A DNA stretch of 64,000 nt from Acidobacteriota bacterium (lineage in GTDB: Bacteria > Acidobacteriota > UBA890 > WLXD01), in contig CAXWPH010000015.1 of NCBI GenBank assembly GCA_963666055.2, positions 1,312,001 through 1,376,000 on the forward strand, in the 5' to 3' direction. Made by a program: the position numbers and the translations under genes. Shown in pieces: positions 9,510-18,993 of the stretch. Numbering within the stretch: the first letter of the stretch is position 1; each line of letters begins with the position of its first letter. The notes under the pieces are model-generated. The model was not told the DNA's origin and did not search any database. It saw only the letters and a program-made list of their open reading frames with translations.

Positions 9510-11024
9510 CTAGCTTTGCGGCTGCGAACCTGGCTTAAGACCGGTGTATTCGAAGACGAACATGCCCGTTCCTACGCGATCCGACGCGTAGGCAAGACCG
9601 CGGTGGTCGAGCGTGACGTCATTGATCTGGATCGCCGTTTCTTGCCCGGCGGAAATAGGGTAGGAGTTCTCGTTCGTTTTGGGAATGTAGTAACCCAGTT
9701 CCGTCAAATGGTAGGGATCCGAGAGATCGACGACACGAACGCCAGCGTTGAAATAGGCAATCCAAGCAAGTCGGTCCTCGTGGCGGTTGATGCGGCCGTT
9801 CCGCTGCTCAGCGTGCTGGTGGGGACCAAAGCGCCCACCCTTGCTACAGAAATTACCGGTCGGCACCTGAAACGTCGAGACCGGCATCGGATGAGTCTCC
9901 ACGGTGACGTCGAACATGTAGGACTTCGCACGTACGCCATCCTCGCAGGGCGCCAGGTCGGCCGTGCCTGCTTCGTCGGTGACGAACAGGAAGTTGCGGG
10001 GTAGCGCGTTGCTCTTGAAATATTGGGTGAGATCGTCATAGACGACGGGCGTCAGGGTGTGAGGACCCCGCCCTGGTGGCGACGTGTCGTAGCTCCAGAC
10101 CATCCTTGGGTTCGAACGGTCGGAAATGTCCCACGCGCCCATCCAACCGGAGCCGCGGAAGCCGATGTACATCCTATTGTTGGCTTCGTCGACGATCGGA
10201 TGGTGCACGTACTGGCCCTCGTAAAGCGCTTCGTCTTCCGTCTCCTTCATGCCCGGAAGCCACGCCCGGCCTGCAAATTTCGGATTGCTCGGGTCCCTAA
10301 GGTCCCAAATCTGGAGTGAAGTGTTGCGGAAGCCGGGCTCCCCGGATGATGTGTAGTAGTAGCCCGAGTCCTGCGACCAATAGCCCTTGTGCGCTCGATA
10401 CTTGAAAGGGCCACCGCAACCAGGGCCGCACGATTCCGGGGGCGTACCGGTGATCTCGGCCACGAGAGTAATCTGCGTGGGGTCCGAGCCTCGGGTGGTG
10501 ATGTCGAAGATCTGGAACCTGAAGTCGTCACCTGTGTCTAGGCTGCGGGCGAGATAGTCCTTGCCTTCTCCGTCGTGCGTGTAGTCATAGACGACCGAAA
10601 CCGAGCGGTGATTCGCTTTCGAAACGCCAGGAATGTGCCACATCGTGGTTGGGCTGGATGGGTCCGAGATATCGATCAATGACGTCCCATTGATTTCCAG
10701 CTCCCCGGTGATGGGATTCAACAGCCCCTCTTCGTCGCCGCCGCGTGCATTCGGTTGGTGACCGACATAAAGCCAGTTTCCGTTCTCCCGGTCCGAGCGG
10801 GTCACCAATTGCAGTGATTCGCGGCCCTGCAGATCGTTGTAGCCCACAAGCCGCACGTTCTGTGCGCCGTCGGACATCGGGTCGTCTTCGGCCGCTCGCA
10901 TACTCTCGGAGCCTTCTTGGGCCGGCGGCGCGCAGGAGAAGAGTGCAAGGGATAGCCCCAAGCCCAGCGGCAACAACGTTGCGGATAGCAACGCCGTCCT
11001 ACTCGAATACTCTCTAGTCGTCAT
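9510..11024 (-). CDS. LVIVD-repeat lipoprotein
   Basis: Lipobox-like ALFSC; GGRFGPH; AYFNAGVRVVDLSDP. Confidence 0.8.
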   Translation of the reverse strand: MTTREYSSRTALLSATLLPLGLGLSLALFSCAPPAQEGSESMRAAEDDPMSDGAQNVRLVGYNDLQGRESLQLVTRSDRENGNWLYVGHQPNARGGDEEGLLNPITGELEINGTSLIDISDPSSPTTMWHIPGVSKANHRSVSVVYDYTHDGEGKDYLARSLDTGDDFRFQIFDITTRGSDPTQITLVAEITGTPPESCGPGCGGPFKYRAHKGYWSQDSGYYYTSSGEPGFRNTSLQIWDLRDPSNPKFAGRAWLPGMKETEDEALYEGQYVHHPIVDEANNRMYIGFRGSGWMGAWDISDRSNPRMVWSYDTSPPGRGPHTLTPVVYDDLTQYFKSNALPRNFLFVTDEAGTADLAPCEDGVRAKSYMFDVTVETHPMPVSTFQVPTGNFCSKGGRFGPHQHAEQRNGRINRHEDRLAWIAYFNAGVRVVDLSDPYHLTELGYYIPKTNENSYPISAGQETAIQINDVTLDHRGLAYASDRVGTGMFVFEYTGLKPGSQPQS

Positions 11025-11073
11025 GTGGCATGCAACGCTTTGGATCGAGCGTCATCTTGCGCTCACCGGACAG

Positions 11074-11100
11074 TGACCTGCCCCCAAGTCTTGGCCCACT
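11074..11100 (+). mobile_element. IS3-family terminal repeat remnant
   Basis: TGACCTGCCCCC, the same terminus as at 57388 next to an IS3 orfA. Confidence 0.55.
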
Positions 11101-11172
11101 TCGTAACTCATAAAATCGGTGCGGGCAAGAGCTTGTTGGAGCCGGCGGAGCGGAGCGTCCTGGCTTCTCCCG

Positions 11173-11234
11173 TAGACCCCCGCGAGCCTCAGCGATAGGC
11201 TTCACGCGCTCACCCACCCTGCCTCGGGAGCGCC
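11173..11234 (+). promoter_or_regulatory. Kinase promoter and leader
   Basis: TAGACC-N17-TAGGCT-N33-ATG. Confidence 0.7.
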
Positions 11235-13880
11235 ATGGAACCCGGCACCAAGCTCGGCCATTACGAGATCCTCTCCCCGCTCGGTGCAGGCGGCATGGGA
11301 GAGGTGTACCGCGCACGCGACACCAACCTTGATCGTGATGTCGCCATCAAGGTGCTGCCGGAAGACTTCGCCGACGACGCAGCGCGGCTCGCTCGATTCG
11401 AGCGCGAGGCGAAGCTCCTTGCCTCCTTGAACCATCCCAACATCGCGACGATCCACGGCTTCGACGAGTCGGACGGTGTGCGCTTCATCGCCATGGAGCT
11501 GGTCGAGGGTCAGAGCCTCGACCAGCGGATCGCTGCAACCAGTCGCATCGAGATCGATGAGGCACTGGAGATCGCTCGCCGGATCGCGCTGGCGCTCGAA
11601 GCCGCCCACGAAGCGGGCGTCATCCACCGGGACTTGAAGCCTGCCAACGTGCAGGTTGCACCCGATGGCACGGTCAAGGTACTCGACTTCGGGTTGGCCA
11701 AAGCCTACGAAGCCGGCGGCAATGCGCCGTCGCCCGACCTGAGCCAGTCACCCACCATGATGGCCGCCACGGGCACCGGCGTGATCATGGGAACGGCTGC
11801 CTACATGAGCCCCGAGCAGGCGCGCGGCAAGCCACTCGATCGGCGCGCCGATGTGTGGTCGTTTGCCTACGTGCTGTACGAGATGCTCAGCGGTAGCAAG
11901 GCCTTCGATGGGGACACCATGTCCGACGTGCTCGCCGCCATTCTCAAGGAGGAGCCCGACTGGTCGCGCCTGCCCGCCGATACACCGCCCGCCTTGCGCC
12001 GACTGCTCGAACGTTGCTTGCGCAAGGACCCGGCGCGGCGCCTGCGCGACATCGGTGACGTGCGGGTGGAGATGGAAGACGCCAGCTCGGAGGCGTTGTC
12101 GTCGCCGGAAAGCGCTCCGGCGCCGCTCCCATCCAGCGCCGCTGCACGGCTGGCGCCGTGGGTCGTAGCGGCGGTCGCCATGATGGTGGCCGCTTGGGTC
12201 GTGTTTGGCGCGCGCCCCGGCCCCGACACAACCGCTGCCCCGATGCAGCGGTTCAGCATCATCGTGCCCGAAGATCAGCTACTGCCGGTGCGGAACTTGA
12301 TGTTGGCGGTATCGCCATCCGGCACCGAGATCGTTTATTCGGCGGAGCGCGACGGTGCATCGATGTTGTACCGACGACGCATCGACAGCTTCACTGCTGA
12401 GCCGATAGACGGCACAGAAGGCGCAGACAAGCCGACCTTTGCCCCCGACGGTGAATCCGTGGCTTTTCGCCAGGGCAACGCCGTGCGCGCGGTGTCGATG
12501 GATGGCGGGGTCCTCCGCAGCCTGTGCGCACCATGCTTAGCGGAGTTCGGATTGGCGTGGGGGCCGGACGGTACGGTCATCGCGGCGCCGGTGTGGGCGG
12601 CGCCGCTCGAGATCATCGCCGGCCCGCGCGATCCTGGCCCGATCACCGAGCTCGACCCGACGCGCGGCGATCTCTCTCACCTGTGGCCGCAATTCTTGCC
12701 CGGTGGCGAGAGCGTTCTGTTTACCATCTGGGCTGGCACAACCACCTACGGCGCTGTCCTTTCCCTCGACGACGGTGCCGTTCGAACCGTCGGCGAAGGC
12801 GGCTCTAACTACCGCTACGTGGAGCCGGGATACCTGGTGTCGGGTCGAGAGGGTGCGCTGGTTGCCGAGGCCTTTGACCTCGCGTCGCTGCAATCCACCG
12901 GTTCGCAGATCGCCGTCGCCGACGGTGTCATGATGTCGGTAGACGCCTTCGCGTCGTACGGCGCATCGTCTTCCGGGATGCTCGCCTTCCGGCGCGGCAG
13001 TTGGCTGACCCGCATCGTGTGGGTGGATCGAGACGACGGAGAAACGACCGAGGCGTGGCCCCGGCCGGGCAGGTTCAGCTCGGTGGCGGTGTCGCGCGAC
13101 GACCGTTACATCGTCGGCGACGTAACAACAAACAGCAGTTCCTACGAAGTATGGTTGCTTGACCTCGGAGCCGGTACCCCTCAACTGCTCAGCAGCGGGA
13201 CCGACGATACGAAACCAGTCTTTTCCCCCGACGCCAGCACGGTAGCCTACACTTCCGTAACGGACGATGGTTACGCAATCCTCTCGGTCTCGGTAGAGGG
13301 ATCCCGGGAGCCTGAAGAGTTGATCCGCCGCAATGCCTTTATCGTTCCGAGCGACTGGTCAGCCGACGGCCGCTATATCACGTACTACGTCGAGGGTCCG
13401 GGAGGGGACGTTTGGCTGCTGCCCACGGATGGAAGCGAGCCGGTCCCCATCACCGACAGTGCCGCCGCCGAAAGTGACGGAACGATCTCACCGGAATCGA
13501 AGTGGATCGCCTTCGTCTCCGATCGTTCCGGGCGAAACGAGATCTGGGTCGATTCCATGGACGATCCTGGCCGCCCGCAGCAGATCACCTTCGAAGGTGG
13601 TCAGATGCCGCTCTGGAGCCCCTTGGGCAACGAGATTTTTCACCGCCGCGGCAGCGAGATCCGCGCGCAGCCGATAACCACCGAGCCGTCGTTCCGCCTG
13701 ACAGCCGATTACACATCGGTGGTCGACGATGCCCGACTGGTGGAGAACGGCCGGTACCACATATCGTCCGACGGCAAGCGTTTGCTCCTGGCGCGCTATG
13801 AGGACGCCGGCCTCGAAGACCACTACTTCAACGTCATCCCGGATCTGCGGGCGTTCTTGGAACGCCAGGGTGGCCAGTAG
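11235..13880 (+). CDS. Hanks-type Ser/Thr kinase with TM segment and TolB-like beta-propeller (intact)
   Basis: GAGGMG, VAIK, HRDLKPAN, DFG, YMSPE; PD40 repeats. Confidence 0.95.
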   Translation: MEPGTKLGHYEILSPLGAGGMGEVYRARDTNLDRDVAIKVLPEDFADDAARLARFEREAKLLASLNHPNIATIHGFDESDGVRFIAMELVEGQSLDQRIAATSRIEIDEALEIARRIALALEAAHEAGVIHRDLKPANVQVAPDGTVKVLDFGLAKAYEAGGNAPSPDLSQSPTMMAATGTGVIMGTAAYMSPEQARGKPLDRRADVWSFAYVLYEMLSGSKAFDGDTMSDVLAAILKEEPDWSRLPADTPPALRRLLERCLRKDPARRLRDIGDVRVEMEDASSEALSSPESAPAPLPSSAAARLAPWVVAAVAMMVAAWVVFGARPGPDTTAAPMQRFSIIVPEDQLLPVRNLMLAVSPSGTEIVYSAERDGASMLYRRRIDSFTAEPIDGTEGADKPTFAPDGESVAFRQGNAVRAVSMDGGVLRSLCAPCLAEFGLAWGPDGTVIAAPVWAAPLEIIAGPRDPGPITELDPTRGDLSHLWPQFLPGGESVLFTIWAGTTTYGAVLSLDDGAVRTVGEGGSNYRYVEPGYLVSGREGALVAEAFDLASLQSTGSQIAVADGVMMSVDAFASYGASSSGMLAFRRGSWLTRIVWVDRDDGETTEAWPRPGRFSSVAVSRDDRYIVGDVTTNSSSYEVWLLDLGAGTPQLLSSGTDDTKPVFSPDASTVAYTSVTDDGYAILSVSVEGSREPEELIRRNAFIVPSDWSADGRYITYYVEGPGGDVWLLPTDGSEPVPITDSAAAESDGTISPESKWIAFVSDRSGRNEIWVDSMDDPGRPQQITFEGGQMPLWSPLGNEIFHRRGSEIRAQPITTEPSFRLTADYTSVVDDARLVENGRYHISSDGKRLLLARYEDAGLEDHYFNVIPDLRAFLERQGGQ

Positions 13881-14094
13881 CGACCGTCGACCTGGTGAGA
13901 TCGCCATGAGACTCGCAACCACTCCGTCCACTGGAGGAAAGGTAGCGAGAACCCCGCTCGACTCGCTTCTTCGACTTAAACGCGTGCCACAGATCTGTCT
14001 CGAGGTTGATCCCTTCGGGAGCTGGCGTACCGAGGTGGTCGCACGAGCTGGTTGCCGGTCTGGTTGTGCTGGAGTATGGTAATATGGCATAACT

Positions 14095-14391
14095 ATGGGC
14101 ACACGTAAGGTCACCTACACCATTGACGCGGCGACGGTTGCTCGCCTCGAAGAAGCGGCTGAGCGACTGGGAAAGCCGAAGAGCCAGGTGGTTCGCGAGG
14201 CGATCAACGACTATGCCGAGCGCATCGGGCGGCTGAGCGAGGGCGAGCGGTTGCGCATGCTGAAGACCTTCGACGAGCTGGTCGGCAAGATCCCCGAGCG
14301 ACCGGTCCGCGAGGTGGATGACGAGCTCGTCGCGATCCGTGAATCGCGTCGCGTCGGCGGGCGGCGCTCCGGTGGTGGAAGCAAGCATTGA
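14095..14391 (+). CDS. Ribbon-helix-helix antitoxin (VapB-like)
   Basis: KVTYTID...KSQVVREAI; overlaps the PIN gene. Confidence 0.85.
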   Translation: MGTRKVTYTIDAATVARLEEAAERLGKPKSQVVREAINDYAERIGRLSEGERLRMLKTFDELVGKIPERPVREVDDELVAIRESRRVGGRRSGGGSKH

Positions 14392-14774
14392 TCGCGCTGG
14401 ACACCTCCGTCCTCGTCGACGCGCTCACCGGGCCGCGACGCTCGGCTGGCGCTTTGCGACGGTCGATCGCGGCCGGCGAGCGGATCATGATCCCCTCGCT
14501 CGTGCTTTTCGAGTGGCTGCGGGGGCCACGGACGATCCCCGAGCTCGAGGCGCAAGAGGCGCTGTTCCCGCGACGGCAGGCAGCGGCCTTCGGTGAACGC
14601 GAGGCCGGGCTCGCGGCCGAGCTCTACGCGCAGGTAGCGCGTCCTCGCGGCCGAGAGATCGATCTCGCCATCGCCGCATGTGCTCTCGTGCAGGCTGCAG
14701 CGCTGTGGACCTTGAACCGCGCCGACTTCAGCGACTTGCCCGGACTCGAGCTCTACGAGCCGCCCGGATCCTGA
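14388..14774 (+). CDS. PIN-domain toxin (VapC-like)
   Basis: LDTSVLV, E, DLAIAACA, LWTLN..DF. Confidence 0.9.
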   Translation: MIALDTSVLVDALTGPRRSAGALRRSIAAGERIMIPSLVLFEWLRGPRTIPELEAQEALFPRRQAAAFGEREAGLAAELYAQVARPRGREIDLAIAACALVQAAALWTLNRADFSDLPGLELYEPPGS

Positions 14775-14857
14775 GGCATCACTGCGCGAGACGGATCTCC
14801 ATCGCCGCGCCCGGGTGCGCCCGTAGCGTAGCGGCGGACGAATCAAATGGCCTACGA

Positions 14858-16207
14858 CTAACGTCCGGGGATCAACTCCAACGCGATCAGACTGTCCCTT
14901 CCCCTCAGGTAGAGGAGGCCGCGCGACAGTACCGGCGGGCTCCAGGAGGGCGTTCTCAGGAGTGCGGTCCCGTCGGCCCGGGCCGGCTTGACGGACGCTT
15001 TGGCACGGTAGGCCTCCGGTGTAGCCTCTACAAGGTGCAAGCGGCCGTCCTCGCCCAGGACTATGAGATGCCCGTCCACGTGGAGCAGAGTCGTCCATAG
15101 AAGGCCGGGCTCGCTCCACCGGATCTCGCCGGTGGCGTGGTCAACGGCGCGCAACTCCGCCGCGCCCGAGTGGCGGCCGTGCGATCCGTACAGGATCCCA
15201 TCCTGGGATACGACATTGCCGAAGTGGGTCGCCAGGCTCTGGTTCCGCCGCCCGTCCTGCCGGATGACTTCGTAGCCACCGGGCTTGACCCGCAGCAGCG
15301 CACTGCCGCGGCCGTAGGCTTCGGTGATGAACACCGTGTCGTCGACGACCACCGGGTTGGAGGCATTGACGCTCTGCAGCGGGCGTGCCCTCCACGGGAA
15401 GTGGAAGTCGATGGCCCCGTTGGTCGGGTCGAAGCCGACGAGGCCTCCGCGGGCGAACATGAAGCCCCAGCGCCTGTTGGCAATCGTCGTGATCACGGGG
15501 CTGGCGTAGCCGGCGAGCTCATCGCTGACCGCATAGCGGACTTCACCGGTCGCCTTGTCGAACGCAACGATCCCCGTGCCGTTGCCCGCAACCTGGCCCG
15601 AGTGGATCCGGCGGCTGCCTGGCGGGCTACCTCCCACCATCGCGATCAGCAGATCGCCCTCGACGACCGGCGAGCTGCCTGCACCGAAGAAGTTCTGCAC
15701 GACGCCGAAACGGTCGGCCGTAGCGACCTCCCACAGCACGCGGCCGTCGGTCACGTGGTGGGCGCGGAGCTTGCCCTCGACGCCAAAGGTGAACACTCGC
15801 TCGCCGTCCACCACCGGCGCGGTGCGTGGGCCGCGACTGTAGCCGTAGAAGTCCTCGTAAATGGAGGGGTGCTCACTCCTCCACACTTCGGCACCGGTTT
15901 CGGGATCCAGGCAAACCAGCCGAGCCTGGCCATCGTGGTGATCGAAAAAGAACAGCCGCCCCTCGGCCACGACCGCGCCGGCGTAGCCCTCTCCGGCGAC
16001 GTGCTCCCAAACCAACGGCGGACCTGACTCACCCCAGTCCGTGAGAATCCCGGTTTCCGGAGACTTGCCGTCGTCGGTCGGTCCGAGGAAGCGGGGCCAA
16101 TCGCTTCCCTCCGTGAGGGGGGTGACGTCAGCTTGATTGTGCGTCGCGCTGGGGACTGCAGCACTACCCGCGACCATGAGAAGGAGGAGAGCACAGACGG
16201 GAATCAT
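14858..16207 (-). CDS. PQQ-binding-like beta-propeller protein, secreted
   Basis: DWPRFLGP N-terminus and repeated TG..W motifs; start chosen at the signal peptide. Confidence 0.85.
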   Translation of the reverse strand: MIPVCALLLLMVAGSAAVPSATHNQADVTPLTEGSDWPRFLGPTDDGKSPETGILTDWGESGPPLVWEHVAGEGYAGAVVAEGRLFFFDHHDGQARLVCLDPETGAEVWRSEHPSIYEDFYGYSRGPRTAPVVDGERVFTFGVEGKLRAHHVTDGRVLWEVATADRFGVVQNFFGAGSSPVVEGDLLIAMVGGSPPGSRRIHSGQVAGNGTGIVAFDKATGEVRYAVSDELAGYASPVITTIANRRWGFMFARGGLVGFDPTNGAIDFHFPWRARPLQSVNASNPVVVDDTVFITEAYGRGSALLRVKPGGYEVIRQDGRRNQSLATHFGNVVSQDGILYGSHGRHSGAAELRAVDHATGEIRWSEPGLLWTTLLHVDGHLIVLGEDGRLHLVEATPEAYRAKASVKPARADGTALLRTPSWSPPVLSRGLLYLRGRDSLIALELIPGR

Positions 16208-16325
16208 GCACCGTGCTCCGCGGGGACTTCGCCGGGTTCGGAGTTTCATGGTGAGGAAGGCTATGCGAACAGGACTAGGTCACCAACACGTTGCCTGAGA
16301 GACTGACTTCTCGTTCGTGGGTCAT

Positions 16326-16345
16326 CTTTCACCACGGCCTGCTAG
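16326..16345 (-). mobile_element. MITE TIR fragment plus CTAG
   Basis: CTTTCACCACGGCCTG|CTAG is identical to the right end of the 39256-39423 element. Confidence 0.75.
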
Positions 16346-16458
16346 AGTCGACGCGTGGCGACTCGACGCCGGGCGGACAGAGTGGCACTGGCAACGCCAG
16401 GCTCGACGGCCTCACCGACATCGCTGTGCCCGTATCCGCCGCCAAGACGAGGTGAACG

Positions 16459-18852
16459 ATGAGCAAGCACGTCCCCGTGATCTGTCTCACCCTTCTGGCG
16501 CTCGCGCTGGCGAGCCCCGCCGAAGCGCAGCTCGGCTTCGGCCGGGCGGTCGCCGCCGTCGAGGGCGAGATCCTCATTGGCGAGCCGGCCAACCAGGTCG
16601 GCCCCGGCATCGTCTACGTGTACCGGCCGGGCTCCGGGGGCTGGGTGGAGTTCCAGCGCCTCACGCGCTCCGATTCCTTCGCCGGAGACGGGTTCGGCGC
16701 GTCGCTGGCGGTAGCCGGGGAGCGGGTGCTCGTCGGCGCGACGCAGGCGGGCGCGGGGGCCGCCTACGTCTTCGAGCGCCGAGGCAGGAGCTGGGTCGAG
16801 GTAGGACGGCTGGCGCCGGACGACGGTACCGACGGGGACCAGTTCGGCGGATCGATGGCGGCAGCGCGCGGCATCATGGCGGTGGGGGCGCCAGAGCACG
16901 AGGACGGGATCGGCGCCGTCTACCTCTACCGCCGCGGCGGTGCGGGCTGGGATCTCCTCTCCAAGCTGCGTCCCGAGGACGCCCCGGACGAGGGGGAGGA
17001 CGAGGGGGCGGCGCCGTCCAACTTCGGCAGCAGCGTGACCGTCTGGGGGGACTGGCTCCTCGCCGGGGCGCCGGGGGGGGAAACGAATCCGGGGCGCGTG
17101 CACCTGTTCCGGCGCCAGGGCAACGGCTGGCAACCTGCCGGCAGCCTGGCGGGCCCCGAGTCCGCCGCGGGAGACGCCTTCGGCTCCGCCATACGCTCCG
17201 GCGACGGTGAGGTGATGATCGGCTCGCCGGGTGCCAACGGTAGCGCCGGGGCCGTCTACGCCTACGGATTCGACGAGCCCGCCGGCGAGTGGGTCCAGCA
17301 CGGCACACTGGTGCCGTACGACGCTCCGGCCGGTAGCCGCTTCGGCACCGCGGTCGTCTTCGACAATAACGAGGCCTTCGTCGGCGCCCCCGGCGCCAAC
17401 GGCGGGACGGGAGACGTCTACCACTTCCGGCGGGACGGCACGGGCAACTGGACCACCGCGAGCAAGATCGGCGCGATGGGCCTCCTGGGTCGCACCCAGA
17501 TGGGAGCCTCCCTGGCGGCTTGGGGCGACGTCGTCGCGGCCGGCATTCCCGGGGACGATTACAGCGCCGGCACCGCCGTGATCATGAGCCGCGGCCTCGG
17601 CGGCTGGGACCGCGCCCGCGTGCTCAGCGAGGGCGCGCGGCTCGAGCCACTCATCGGCGAGACCGTCGAGTGCGTCGACGGCATGGCCGACATCTTCCCC
17701 TGCGACAACATCGACCTGGTGGCCTTCATGCCGATCCACGAGATCGGCGGCGGCCGCGGCGTCGGGGTCAACGACATGTGGGGGTGGGCCGACCCTGAGA
17801 CCGGCCGCGAGTACGCCATCGTCGGGATGAGCGACCGTACCTCCTTCGTCGACGTCACCGACCCGCACGCTCCCGTGTGGGTCGGCAGCCTCGAGCAGAC
17901 TGCGGGCGCGGCGCCGAGTCTGTGGCGCGACCTCAAGATCTACGGCGACCACGCGTTCATCGTCGCCGACGGCGCCGGCGAGCACGGCGTGCAGATCTTC
18001 GACCTGGCACACCTGCGCGAGTTCGAAGGTGAGCCGCTCGCCTTTTCGGAGGACGCGCACTACGACCGCATCCACAGCGCCCACAACATCGTCATCGACG
18101 AGGGCACTCCCTACGCCTACGTCGTCGGCGCCAGCGGCGGCGGCGAGACCTGCGGCGGCGGGCTCCACATGATCAACGTCGAGGATCCGCGGCAGCCGGT
18201 CTTCGAGGGCTGCTTCGCCGACACCAACACCGGGCGTGGCACCGGCTACACGCACGACGCCCAGTGCATCATCTACAGCGGCCCCGACGAGCGTTACGCG
18301 GGCCATGAGATCTGCATCGGGTCGAACGCGACGGCGGTCAGCATCGCCGACGTCACCGACAAGCGGAACCCGGTGGCGGTGTCGATCGCCACCTACCCGA
18401 ACGTCGGCTACACGCACCAGGGCGGGGTCTCCGACGACCACCGGTACTTCTACCTGACCGACGAGCTGGACGAGATCAACGGGCTCACCCCCGGCGCGCG
18501 CACGATGATCTTCGACATCTCCGAGCTCGACGACCCGATCCTCGTCGCCGAATACGTCGCCGAGACCACGGGTACCGACCACAACCTCTACATCCTCGGC
18601 GACGTGATGTATCAGTCCGTCCTCCGCAGCGGCCTGCGCGTGTACGACATCAGCGATCGCGAGCGCATGCGCCCGATCGGCTTCCTCGACACCGTTCCGT
18701 GGGGCGATGACGGCGGCTTCGGTGTGGCCGGCGTGACGTCCGTCGGCGCGTGGAGCAACTACCCCTATTTCAAGAGCGGGGTTGTCGCCGTCAGCAGCCA
18801 GCGCGAGGGCCTGTTCTTGCTCCGGCTGCAAGGAACCGATGACTCGCCGTGA
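16459..18852 (+). CDS. Choice-of-anchor B family protein with FG-GAP repeats
   Basis: FG..VA..GAP repeats; NDMWGW, WRDLK, HN, HD and GAWSNYPYFKSG motifs; very GC-rich. Confidence 0.88.
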   Translation: MSKHVPVICLTLLALALASPAEAQLGFGRAVAAVEGEILIGEPANQVGPGIVYVYRPGSGGWVEFQRLTRSDSFAGDGFGASLAVAGERVLVGATQAGAGAAYVFERRGRSWVEVGRLAPDDGTDGDQFGGSMAAARGIMAVGAPEHEDGIGAVYLYRRGGAGWDLLSKLRPEDAPDEGEDEGAAPSNFGSSVTVWGDWLLAGAPGGETNPGRVHLFRRQGNGWQPAGSLAGPESAAGDAFGSAIRSGDGEVMIGSPGANGSAGAVYAYGFDEPAGEWVQHGTLVPYDAPAGSRFGTAVVFDNNEAFVGAPGANGGTGDVYHFRRDGTGNWTTASKIGAMGLLGRTQMGASLAAWGDVVAAGIPGDDYSAGTAVIMSRGLGGWDRARVLSEGARLEPLIGETVECVDGMADIFPCDNIDLVAFMPIHEIGGGRGVGVNDMWGWADPETGREYAIVGMSDRTSFVDVTDPHAPVWVGSLEQTAGAAPSLWRDLKIYGDHAFIVADGAGEHGVQIFDLAHLREFEGEPLAFSEDAHYDRIHSAHNIVIDEGTPYAYVVGASGGGETCGGGLHMINVEDPRQPVFEGCFADTNTGRGTGYTHDAQCIIYSGPDERYAGHEICIGSNATAVSIADVTDKRNPVAVSIATYPNVGYTHQGGVSDDHRYFYLTDELDEINGLTPGARTMIFDISELDDPILVAEYVAETTGTDHNLYILGDVMYQSVLRSGLRVYDISDRERMRPIGFLDTVPWGDDGGFGVAGVTSVGAWSNYPYFKSGVVAVSSQREGLFLLRLQGTDDSP

Positions 18853-18993
18853 TCGACGCGAGGCGAGGGTGCACCCTCGCCTCGACCGCCAGCTGACGGC
18901 GCTACGGTTGTAATATCACCGGGTTCCTGACAGCGCTCGTCGTGGCAAGCGGAAGGGGCACTGCAGTTTCGGACTCGACGGATGGAGGGCGGC

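Noticed and set aside
16342-18831. 829-aa antisense ORF and similar long shadow ORFs (8298-9224, 34508-35962)
   Set aside because: These mirror frames of GC-rich genes have no motifs; the opposite strand carries the recognisable protein.
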